A stretch of 56,301 bases of DNA, the filler included, from Gonapodya sp. JEL0774 (lineage: Eukaryota), in the NCBI GenBank assembly GCA_027604505.1. It is 3 parts of 3 records of this genome, joined end to end, with 100 filler letters (N's around TTAATTAATTAA, not from the genome) between each part and the next. Parts side by side here need not be neighbours in the genome. Positions count along the whole stretch, not along the records: positions 37,971 to 56,301 come from JADIIX010000261.1; 2 more parts are not named here. One strand, written 5' to 3'. The notes beneath the pieces were generated by a model. The model ran no database searches and had not been told where the DNA came from. It saw only the letters and a list, made by a program, of their open reading frames with translations. The first letter of the stretch is position 1, and each line of letters starts with the position of its first letter. The position numbers and the translations under genes are program-made. Of this stretch, positions 45,902 to 56,301 are shown piece after piece.

Positions 45902-47353
45902 ATGAATGCCCTCCCGCTCGAACTTCTCCACAAAGTCTTGTGCTTCCTCCCACCACGGACCGTGTACTCGGTCATGCCCCGTGTCTCCCGGACGTTCCGC
46001 GATAGGTGCATGAGCGCGATTCCCGGATGTCCCGGAGACACCATCAGTGTGATGTGTGAACTGGCTTTGGTGGATCCTGGGCAGGGCGGAGGAGTGGTCT
46101 GCCGTCTACGTCCGGTGTGGGACGAATTTCGCACGATGAACGATCCAACGACCGGAAGTTCACTCTGGGCAGCCATTTCCGCAAAAGTGACAGTAACGCC
46201 TGCATCTATTCCGGCTACTGCACGGAGCTTGAACCAACTCCTCACATCAGCCGTGGCAGAGTGTATGGAACGAGACCCCCGCTTCAATTGGGACGCAGCA
46301 CGTGTGAAGAGGCGATTAGGAACCGTGATTCTGTCCCGACTGATACTTTCAGCCAATCCGCGCCTTTTCACCGCGTCACTGACCGCCACCGAGGCGTTGG
46401 ACAAGCTTTTGGAGTTTGGGCGCGAGCTCGCAGTCCGCGAGTTAATGGCCATGACGGAATTCTTCCGTGCGCTGGAGGGGTTCCCGGCCCACTTTGTGAT
46501 GCCGTCGGTGCAGCGTGTGATTGGGATCGGCACTCTCCCCACCATGGGCGCCCACGACGATGCTGTGAGGACCGTCGCAAACATCCTCCTGCGATTCCCG
46601 AGGGCCTCTTCTCTGGAAGGAGATGTATTGTTACACTTGTCCGTGGCCGCTTCTTCCAACGACTCTGTCCTCACCCTCCTGCGCACCCGCGTTCCCGATG
46701 CTCGGCTTGGCCTCGTACGGAGCCTGATGGTCGGTGTGTCGTCTGAACGGGCTACAGGAATAGTTCCATGGCGGCACGTGAGCACAACATTTTTGGTTCA
46801 GTATTTTACGGCTTCGAGGATTTTCCCATGCTTGGACGAGATCGGTGCACTGCACATTGTTTGGGACAACATCGCGGGAGAGAGGATGACGACGACGCCC
46901 TTGCCCTCGCGCCGGGTCAACCCACTTTCCGGTATCCGTGTTTTCCACGTGCGCATCTCCAACTCGCAAAGGGGTATGATTTTCAACCACACACGGAGCT
47001 CCCCACAAGCCGCCGACCAGGCCAACCTGGACAAGGTCCGTCATCTGGTGTCGCATTTCCCCTCGTTGCGACGCCTCGTAGTCGACAAACCTATGCCCAA
47101 GGAGTTGACACAATACGTGACCCGTCCTGGCAGCTCCGCATGCCACATGGGCAAAATTTTCTCGGCGTTTGTGAGCCTTGTACCTGCCACTTGTGTGGTC
47201 GAGATCCCTCGGTTCGCGTCGACTAGGGAGGAGAGGAGATGGCTCGCGCAGGAAACACGGAAAGAGACGTGGCCGGAGGTCTTGAGGGGGTGGGATGGAA
47301 GCCATGGTGTGACGGTGGTTGGGGGGAAAGCCAGGTTCGGAGCGCCGGGGTAG
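45902..47353 (+). CDS. Intronless F-box protein with unassigned (possibly degenerate LRR-like) C-terminus
   Basis: N-terminal MNALPLELLHKVLCFLPPRTVYSVMPRVSRTFRDRC fits the F-box consensus. Later FPRASSL, FPCLDEI and FPSLRRLVV segments. Single uninterrupted ORF. Confidence 0.75.
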   Translation: MNALPLELLHKVLCFLPPRTVYSVMPRVSRTFRDRCMSAIPGCPGDTISVMCELALVDPGQGGGVVCRLRPVWDEFRTMNDPTTGSSLWAAISAKVTVTPASIPATARSLNQLLTSAVAECMERDPRFNWDAARVKRRLGTVILSRLILSANPRLFTASLTATEALDKLLEFGRELAVRELMAMTEFFRALEGFPAHFVMPSVQRVIGIGTLPTMGAHDDAVRTVANILLRFPRASSLEGDVLLHLSVAASSNDSVLTLLRTRVPDARLGLVRSLMVGVSSERATGIVPWRHVSTTFLVQYFTASRIFPCLDEIGALHIVWDNIAGERMTTTPLPSRRVNPLSGIRVFHVRISNSQRGMIFNHTRSSPQAADQANLDKVRHLVSHFPSLRRLVVDKPMPKELTQYVTRPGSSACHMGKIFSAFVSLVPATCVVEIPRFASTREERRWLAQETRKETWPEVLRGWDGSHGVTVVGGKARFGAPG

Positions 47354-48645
47354 GACGTTGGTTGGTGGTTGGTGGGATGTGGATGCAGTGTGGGCGGCGG
47401 GGATCGCAACTGATGGTGTTGAGTCCCCTCAGGAACAGAGGAAAAAATTCAGACCAAGTACGTACCTGTTGTGACCAGTCTGGCGGCACGCACGTGGGCG
47501 GTGGGTGGACAAGATGCAAGGCTCAAACGACACGACAGAGTTACGGTCTGACGGACGGTCCCCTGGACAATGGTGGAGGAAAAAAGGGGGAAGGGGAGGG
47601 ACAACGCAAGGTGCCTCCGCCCGTAGTCCCTACTGGTTCCCTTCCTCTCACAAAATACTTCACTCCTCCGAGTCTTAGCTTTGGTCTCAGGAGGCGGGCA
47701 GATGGCGGTAGTATGTATGGAACTGGGAAGGGGATACATACATTCCGATATTCAACATCATGCAAGCCACAACTGGTCATTGCGCATACATACATACATA
47801 TATATGTTCCATAATATGTTTGACCCCCCCAAATGAGAAACTCTCCGCGCAACTGGGTAGAACAGGTACAAGGGTGGGTCCCCACCGTAGAGTGACGTCA
47901 CACAGCACGGAAATCATCGTTCTCTTTGCGCCAGACACGCCAAGTTGGAATTTTCTCAGCATTTCGTACACTTTACATATAAGAGTAAATGTTGCGGGGG
48001 GACAAAAAGTGAAAATTCTTCTCAACGGCGCCTGCATGGCGAAAACAGCGCCGAGGAGCTCTCCTGACGAGACAAACTTGTCTGGCCACTATTTGAGCAC
48101 CTTCAAATCACCAAATCTGTACCTTCACACACTATCAAGTCTGCTATGCTTCCCGATCACTGCTGGCAGAGGTGGTAGCATGGTCTGCACGGAATATTTT
48201 GACGGGAAACTATTCCGTGCAGGAACCGCAAATCTCAATTGAAGCTCTCGAGACTCCCGCTCGTGAGATCCGAGTATGCTTACTGCCCAAGGTGTGGATG
48301 CCATCCTGGCGTTTTTGGGGTCAACCAGGACAGAAAATTGTGTTGGAGCGATCGGACCGATCATGACATGTCTGTCAAGAGTCTCAGGTACACGTGATAG
48401 CTCTCATTCTAGGCCATACGTATAATCTGTTTCATTGTGTGACGAAACGGAGTAGTTCCCGTTCTATTATCCCACAGAGACAATGGACCGTGCATACAGC
48501 GACCACAGCCACCCTGACCCAGTTGGACACCACCCTCCAAGGTATCACCCATACCCCGACCCATCCCACCCATCTTTGGACTGGTTCGAGTGTGCGCACT
48601 CCCAACCGATAGTCCGAATTGATTTTACCTGGGATTTGAATCGAA

Positions 48646-50587
48646 ATGGTGCGTGGGTCCGGTCGATGGATGTGGGCGACAGGCGACAGGAGGGGGAGGG
48701 CAAAGTGAGCCCGAGACACACACACAGCCCGAGCATCTGCGACCCCGACTGCCCGCAACCACCGGTACCGTTGCATCCGCGTCTACAAACTGCTGCCGAC
48801 ACCCGTAACGGCGACGGGCAGAGTCCGCCGGAGGCGATTTGATTCATCGCCCATATGGACGGGCACATGGACACACTTGGTCTGGCCTGGGCGATCTGTC
48901 GACCTGGTTGACCGAGTTTGGTACCCGAGACGGCAGATGCAGTCGGAGATGTCAATTGGAATTTGGGCTTGCGACGCGCAAATCACTCGGTGCCATCCTT
49001 ACTCGCTCTCTCCCTTTCTCCCTCGTCCTCTTACTATTCTGCCCTCTGCCCTTTTCCCCTTGTCTGCCTGCCTTACCAGCCCTTTGTCAAAGTCGTCAAG
49101 AACAAGGCCTACTTCAAGCGGTACCAGGTCAAGTACCGCAGAAGGAGAGGTGAGCTCGTATCTCCCCCCCTTTCTCTCCACCCATTCCCCTTCTCACCGC
49201 TTCCCCATCACCCCCCACCCCCCCACTCCCATCCCCCCTTCCATCCCACTCCAGAGGGAAAAACCGACTACTACGCCCGCCAGCGTCTGGTCGTCCAGGC
49301 AAAGTCAAAGTACAACTCGCCCAAGTACCGCCTCGTCGTCAGGTTCACCAACAGGGACACCATTGTCCAGGTTATCTATGCAAAGATTGAGGTGAGTTTG
49401 CCCGAGCGGAGTAAGGCCAAGCGAACGGAGCGAGGGCCTCGCCCCAAGCGTCAGCGACAGGGAGAGTTTGCCGCAGTGCGACGTGATTGAAGTCGGCGGT
49501 CTGTATGGTCCGTCACGTGGGCGGTCTTCCCGTCTTCTGCTCCACCGGCCCTTTACAACTTGCACCTTGCCTCGCTCAATCCTCACTCAACCCTCCCTCG
49601 TCCCTCGTCACTCCTCGCACCTCCCACCTCGTAGGGCGACTACGTTCTCTGCTCGGCCTACTCCCACGAACTCGAGAAGTATGGCATCACGTTTGGGTTG
49701 ACAAACTGGGCTGCCGGTGGGTTGGATGTTTGTTTTTCCTCACGCACCGCCGACCAACGGGAAAAATCCGGCACAACCACCTCACTGTCACACCGTCACC
49801 TCCCACGCACCTCCCACTCCCTACCCCCCGTACACCCCCATAGCCTACGCCACCGGCCTCCTCTGCGCCCGCCGCCTCCTCAAGAAACTCGGATTGGACT
49901 CTGACTACGTTGGGCAAGAAGAGCCCACCGGCGAGCACTTCCAGGTGGAACAAAACGGCGACAAGCGACCTTTCCAGTGTTTCCTCGACGTCGGTCTCGC
50001 CCGGACCACCTCTGGCTCCCGCGTGTTCGCGGCCATGAAGGGCGCCTCGGACGGTGGGTTGCTCATCCCGCACTCGGAGACGCGGTTCCCGGGGTACGAC
50101 AGGGAGGCCAAGAAGCTCGACGCCGAGACGCTTCAAAAGTACATTTACGGCGGCCACGTCAAGGAGTACATGGAGTACCTGGAAGAGGAGGACGAGGAGT
50201 CGTACAAGAGGCAGTTCGCCAAGTACATTGAGAACGACATTGGCCCCGACGATCTCGAGGAGTTGTTCAAGGACGCCCACGCAAAGATTCGTGAGGATCC
50301 GGACCCGGTCGTCAAGGAGAAGAAGGAGCTCACGCCAGAGGACAAGGAGAAGCTCAAGAAGTTCAAGCAGAAGAGGAAGAACTTGAAGCAGAGGTTGGAT
50401 ACGGTGAAGCAGAAGTGAGTGTCTTTTTTGGGGGAGGGCTGGGGTGTTGTTTGTCATGTGGACCTCGCTCAATGCTCACACCGGTTCGTTTGCCCCAACC
50501 TTGTTTTCTTTCCCGCGTCCGCTTCGCCCCCCTTCTTTTCCACATCACAGGAAAGCCGCCTTCGAGCGCAAATTGGCCGAGGAGTGA
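48646..50587 (+). CDS. RPL5: 60S ribosomal protein L5 (uL18), 6 exons
   Basis: [57 protein letters not shown]...|[13 protein letters not shown]...[18 protein letters not shown]...[19 protein letters not shown]...|[11 protein letters not shown]. Confidence 0.98.
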
Positions 50588-51739
50588 TTTTCGTTTTGCC
50601 CCTGCCGCTTGTCTCTGCTGTTTTGGCGGTTGTGGCGTGGGCGTGGCGTGTCGTCGTGTCGTTGTGTTGTCGGTCGGTCCCGTGCCGTGCTTTGGGGCTG
50701 TGTGGGCTTGTTGTATGTTTGGTCTCGTCTCTCTCCCGAGCGTGCGGCCTACCTCGCATGTGGCAAAGCAGGCTTGGGATGTGGGTGTGCAAATATATTA
50801 TATACACCAAAAAAAAAATGAGTCCAAAACGAGGAGAAGAAGATGTGCAGAGCTTGGGTGCGTGGTGCAAAGTGCGTGCGAACTGGTGCGGACGGCGGTC
50901 CGTGGACCAAAGCACCGCCCCATGGGTTTTTCACACGCAACCCCCCTTCTCTCCGCCCCCTTCCCCTTCCCCTCCCCCGCCCCCATCGCCACTTGCAAAC
51001 AAAACACAACTCCGCCCCGCTACCGCAATGTGATGCCAGAAACCATGCACAGGTCCACAGGTCCACGGGTCCGTGGATCACGTGACGGTCGACGGGTGGA
51101 CGGGTGAGACGGGTGGACATGGCGCTCCGTGAGTGGTATGTGGTATGTGGCGAGTGATGACTGGGTGAGTGGTGAGTGGGAATTTATACGGAACGGAGAA
51201 CGGAGAATGGGCAAGGGTACCGAGGGTATGGGAGTTGGTCCGTCGTACGGTATTGTGTAATGTGTTTTGTGACTCTCCGCAAGTCTGCATGTGCACGGAG
51301 GAATCTCTTGGTGCCACAACGTGAGTTCCAAAAACAGCGCATGCAACTGCAGATAGTAGTAATGGCGACGAGCTCACTCATTTGACTGAAGACTCCGTCG
51401 AAATTGCTGCACCGTCAAATATTGAGGAGACTTCTGGGGACCGAACAACACAAGACACCGCTTTGATCACGGACTTTTTTCCACCCCACTTATCACAATC
51501 GGTGCATTCTTTTACGTTCATTTTACCACAAAAACATTAGTTTACGAATGAAAATCGCGAAAAACGATTCCGAAGGGCTGCTGTGCAAGTAGTCCACGAC
51601 CATAATGTATGTATCGCTGGATGGTTTTGTTAGGATGTCTATTTCAAAAAAAAACGACGCGCCGCCTTTCTTTTAGAAAAACGCAATTCACAACGCAAGC
51701 GGCTATACGAATCAAACCAGCACTTTGAATATTCCAAAA

Positions 51740-52092
51740 ATGGTGCGAACCTCTCGACTCTCCTCCCACTGTTAACCCTCGCAACCTTGACTTGCAATAT
51801 CCCTCAGAACACCTTCATACTCGTAATCGCCCTGCTGCTCACCTCAACGACTGGCGTCTGGAGTGACAGCGGCCCGGAGCCCACCTTGATCCATATTTCC
51901 GAGTGTTACGTCAAGACGGGCAAATTCTCTTATGACTACGCCAAATCCAATTCGGAGCTGGATGCGTACACTTCCGTAAGGGTGAGCACGCGGGGAAACA
52001 AGGGATATCTGAATTGGCAGATGTATCTCAATTCTCATCGCAAAATTCCCAAAGGATTCCTGGAATCACCAACAACCTGTCGAGCACGTTGA
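51740..52092 (+). CDS. Possible small secreted protein or pseudogene; 3' structure unresolved
   Basis: ATG|GT intron (51743-51807) splices to NTFILVIALLLTSTTGVWS-D, a signal-peptide-like start. Downstream frames to ~52450 are interrupted. Confidence 0.35.
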
Positions 52093-53061
52093 AGTCCTGA
52101 TACTTCCCAGCAACTGGCGCGAATCACGATACGATGCTTCTGACGTGACAATTGTCCCGCCTGATCTCAGTGATAATGTAATCACAGTTGCTGGGAGCCT
52201 GTCACGGTAAAAATCTCAAACTTTGGAGACGTGGTGGCTACCCTCAGTTACGGCAGCGTTGCTTGGATCTGAGAAGGAGACAAAGCCACGCTGGCTTTAC
52301 ACCTGTGCATACAACCCGTGTGTAAGGCGTGGGACTTTGAGAGTGTCTCCGGTCTGTGTTCGGTTTGTCTTGTCTCGATGCACTCAAGTTGCGTCCCCGA
52401 TTCCGGCGATGGGGGGAATGAACCGGCGGCAGAACCACGACTAACATAATTTGTGGATTTCAAGCAGGCGCCTGCTGCTTACAGTAATATAGTGCGAAAT
52501 TAGCTTTGGAACCCGATCTGCGCGTAATCGCGAATTTGAATTCAATTAACTGTTTGTTCAGACTGATTGTGGTTCAGTAATATATTACGCAATATATTCT
52601 GCTGTGATGCTCCCCATCCCAGCCGCACGTGTGGCCTCGCCTTCCACTCCCTTTTTGGGTTCAAAGTGGCATCGTTCACTTCTGATGGACGCGTTTGCAG
52701 ACTCACGTGGATTGCAGCCACTACGTAGATCTGCTTGTGGGCATCCCGGGTCCCCCCCACCGTTGACGGGCCAGCCGCTCTCGGTAAAAAACTCTCCCAA
52801 AAACTCTCACAAAAAGGCAGTCTTCACTATTTCTGACGCAAATGAGACTACCCAAGGTGATTCCCCAGCCCCGGAAGCTGCCACTGTCTCGCGGTCCCGA
52901 GTCATGCTTCCAAATAGGCCCAATACCACGGGCCTCACGGGTCCCATGCAACTTCTTTGTGTGACCGATGCGGAAGACGGCATCAGCAAAGAGGAGCTGC
53001 CGATGACTGATGTGGTGCTTTCAAGTGGACGCAATACGACGGGCTCACGAAACTTGTGGTT

Positions 53062-55240
53062 ATGGACGTGGATGATATCCAGCGCGAGCAGTCAGACAAT
53101 GCCCGCAAAGAGGAGTTGCTGATGGCTGAAGCGGAGTTTCCGAGTGAGCTCCATGGTTTTGACGCTAATGAGGATGCTGACGCGGGATCAGACACACCAG
53201 AGCCACTGGACTCACAATTCAATGGGAAATTGATTGAAGCTGTAGAAAAAGGATTAAAAGATGAGGTCAAAAGTTTACTCCAAAAGGGAGCAGATCCTAG
53301 AGCACGCAAACTAGTGGGAGTGAGAGTTTATGATCGGGATAATCTTGGGTCTGAAGCTGATTCCATGGAAGGCTGGGACGAACCCTCCGATCCCGATTGG
53401 GAGGATTTCCAACTATGCGAAAGTGCACTTGCTTTGGCGGTTATCCATGGTTATGCCGACATTCTTTCAGTACTACTCGAAAAGGCGGCACAAATCAACG
53501 AGGGAGCACTTCTTCGTGAGGTATCTTGGCACATTCCGCACACATGGGATCCAGTTCTTTTTGACATCAAAGACGTTTGGTACACAGAAGTGCTCTTTCC
53601 AGATCTCCTGGCTTTGGCTCTTGGATGTAATGGAAGTTATGACTTGGAGCCGCCATACGAGGCCGTGACGGACGAAGATGACGCGTACGATCTCCAAATC
53701 CATGATGGCAGAATTCGTATCAATCGACCGGGGGGCCGTGTGGTCATAAAAAAATCCTGCGATGATTATGACCACTATGATGATGACCCTGGCTATGAGG
53801 TTCACGACATCAAAAAGGACCTAGTTGTGAACCAGGACGTCATACTCCTGCTTCTGAATCAGCCTGTTATCAAAGCTGGAGTCAACTCTATGCACATCAC
53901 CGCGGCAAACGCAATGGCCCCTGAGATCTCCAAACTTTTCCCAACCAGTGCCTCAACATTAGAAGACGATCCACAGACTGCAGAAGCGCCATGGGAGATT
54001 CCACCTAGTATGGTCATCGGCCTAGAGTACCTCGGCGGGGGCGGCGCTGGGAATGTCTTCAAGGCCAAATACAAGGGCACCGACGTGGTTCAGAAAAGCT
54101 GAGAAATTTTGAAGCTGAAGATATTGAGGTACGTTGTATGTTTCTTTTTTGGGGGGGCCGTGTGCATCTTTGTTGCCCCAGTAATTTTGAATGGATCAAC
54201 CTTGTGTTTGGGTGGTGAAAGTATTTCAAGCAGGAGGCAGCAATATGGTCCAAACTTAAACACCCCCGTATTCCTCAATATATCGGGGGAAATCTCTCCA
54301 GTGGTGATCCATTCATCATATCTGAATTCGCAGAGAATAAGGACGCTTTTAGATATACAAGCAAACTCCGCATTCAGAATGATATGACGAGAGACGAAAT
54401 TAGGAAGAAAATTCTTCAATTGGTGAGCTTCACGCGATCATTCTATCACTTTCTGTTCATTGGTCGCACAACTGTCGTGCTTAGCTGTGCGACACGGCAC
54501 ATGGCCTTTGGTACCTTCACAGCCGTGATCCACCCATTATACACGCAGACGTCAAGCCGGGAAGCGTTCATGTTAAGGAAAATGGGCGAGGATTAGTGTC
54601 CGACTTTGGCTTCTCCAAAGTTGGTGACAGCATTACGGCGGTAGTGACCAACGTTCCAGGGAGGAATGCACGGCCAGGAACAGCGGAGTACATGCCACCA
54701 GAGAGACTTCGAGGAAAAGGAACAACCATGGCTGGCGATGTGTATGCTTTTGGATGTACTGTTTTCAAAGTGAGCTAAGGGTTTCTTTCTTGCTTCAAAG
54801 TAGTTACCCAATGGGTCATTCCTGCACAGCTTTGGGCCAGCGAATTCGAGTATGAAGTTACACCAAGCATTTCCAACTCTAGTGAAATTGATTGGCACCA
54901 AAGCATTGCCTACGGACATCGCCGTCTCACAATACACCCACACCACAACTTCCCACCAAGACTGGCAAAACTCGTGAAGGAATGTTGGGCCTTCGACGCC
55001 AAAACACGTCCGAAGATGGCTCATTGTGTCAAAGAGATGAAAGCCATACTGGCGGAATTCAAACGGAGCAACCTGACCGCTGGAAGAGGCAACGGGAGCA
55101 ACTTGAATCCGGGGCCTGCTTTGACAAAAGACAGAAAACGTGCAAGCCCAGCTATTTCAGATGATGAAGGTAATGAGATTGGAGGAGAACAATCGCCCAA
55201 GCGACGCAGGTCGCAGAGGAGGAAAGTAAAGAGGAAATAG
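53062..55240 (+). CDS. Ankyrin-repeat plus TKL-like protein kinase; frameshifted as assembled (pseudogene or sequence error)
   Basis: Ankyrin-like LIEAVEKGLKDEVKSLLQKGADP and SALALAVIHGYADILSVLLE. Kinase motifs LGGGGAGNVF, VVQK, EAAIWSKLKHP, HADVKPGS, DFG, GTAEYMPPE, DVYAFG and CWAFDAKTRP. The frame breaks at AAAA 54094-54097. Confidence 0.85.
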
Positions 55241-56301
55241 AGTGACAATGGAGTCTCATTGTAGTGTTAAAGGTGTCAAGTAAACACCACTCAACACTTC
55301 CTGTAATACCGACACCGAACGCCACTTTATCCTCGGCTGGCTGAACTTTGGGAATCGGTCAACGTGTTGGGGACAACCAATGGGCCTGCTGGGCCGCTTC
55401 AGGGAAAGATGTCCAAAGGTGCAGCTGAAGTTCCTATTCCGTAGTCTCTGTCCCGCCAGCCAATGACTCGTGGCGGCCAGTTGATGGTGACACTTTCTCC
55501 TCCACACGGAGTGGTGGCCATTGCAAAAGAAGAAGGCTTCCCACATTTTGATGGGCACCCGTGGGGGGGGGGTATTCATTCGTTTTCAGTTTTCAGGAGA
55601 AAGGGACAGATCACCAGAACGAGTCCCGAAGGTGCAACAACCGAACCCGAGCTTCACGAAAAAGCGCGAAAAAAAGCCGGGGGCCGCGAGCAAGCCCGTT
55701 TGTGGTGAGCGTGTGCTGTGCCCCATTGTGGTAACCCTTGAGTGCCTTTCAGTGCGTAAAAAGACAGCTACCGTGCTCAAAGGTGTGGGCTTTACGTGCG
55801 AAGAGCCCGAGAAGGTGGAGGGTGGGGTTTGGTGAATGCGCAAAAAGGTCCTTTAATTAGTTGGAGACCCACTTCATTCCAACGCCTCGATCTGGTTCAA
55901 AGGCGCCAACAATAAATCACGCAGCAGTCGGTGTACTTTAGATGAGGAACAATAGCCCGACAGAACAACCTATTCATGAGAGATTTGAATCAGATGTGCG
56001 ATCGGATGGAATCATTCAGTGAGCCCCATCATCCAAATATAGCGCCCGGAGTGGAGCGGAACAGACGCTACAACAGAATGCCATGGATGTGCCAGTGGAA
56101 CAAGCACTCACAGGACCAGGACCGATTACAGCTTACTAACTAACTTTCCCGGCAGTGACCACAGCTGGGAATGGGGCCTGTAAAGGGTACGGGGGGGGAA
56201 CGCACGGGCCCCCGCACAGCGGGGGACCCCACGGGGGGAACGGGGGGGATAGCGGCGAACGCATAAAAAAGCATAGAAATTAAGGCGCTCGGCGTACAAT
56301 A

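Noticed and set aside
45871..47305. Long antisense ORFs (304 aa and 224 aa) opposite the F-box gene
   Set aside because: No recognisable motifs; typical shadow ORFs of a GC-rich coding strand.
56170..56301. G-run-rich segment with CCCCGC-ACA-GCGGGG hairpin at the window end (possible transposon terminus)
   Set aside because: No partner terminus, TSD or ORF is visible inside the window, so it cannot be supported.

Overview
Intron-rich eukaryotic DNA from a draft scaffold (two N-gaps carrying a TTAATTAATTAA linker, plus four 10-N gaps). The gene set points to a flagellated, early-diverging (zoosporic) fungus; this is an inference from fungal-type KEX1/ERV14/CYP genes occurring together with CFAP91, CIB and ZFPL1. 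About 17 spliced protein genes can be rebuilt by eye: Kex1 carboxypeptidase, a Myb-like/RING protein, a P450, eIF2A, ZFPL1, Erv14/cornichon, an Mdm1/SNX13-type sorting nexin, an ethanolamine-permease-like APC transporter, a secreted beta-rich protein, a stefin-like protein, CIB, a very divergent Hsp70, CFAP91, a class II aldolase/adducin protein, an F-box protein, RPL5 and an ankyrin-kinase with a frameshift. There is also a truncated, CpG-decayed Copia element and other C>T-decayed relics. The most striking unexplained signal is non-coding. Three consecutive, unusually long introns of ERV14 (528, 294 and 330 nt) contain long helices, crossing (pseudoknot) pairings and a loop-to-distal pairing, with G-U wobbles favouring the transcribed strand. 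This suggests intron-encoded structured RNAs that I could not assign to any family I checked. Other highlights are introns polarised G-rich 5' / C-rich 3', an atypical Hsp70 ending in an NLS-like tail, and a cystatin-like domain lacking QxVxG that the ORF track misses. All folds and exon boundaries were derived by hand; no searches were run.
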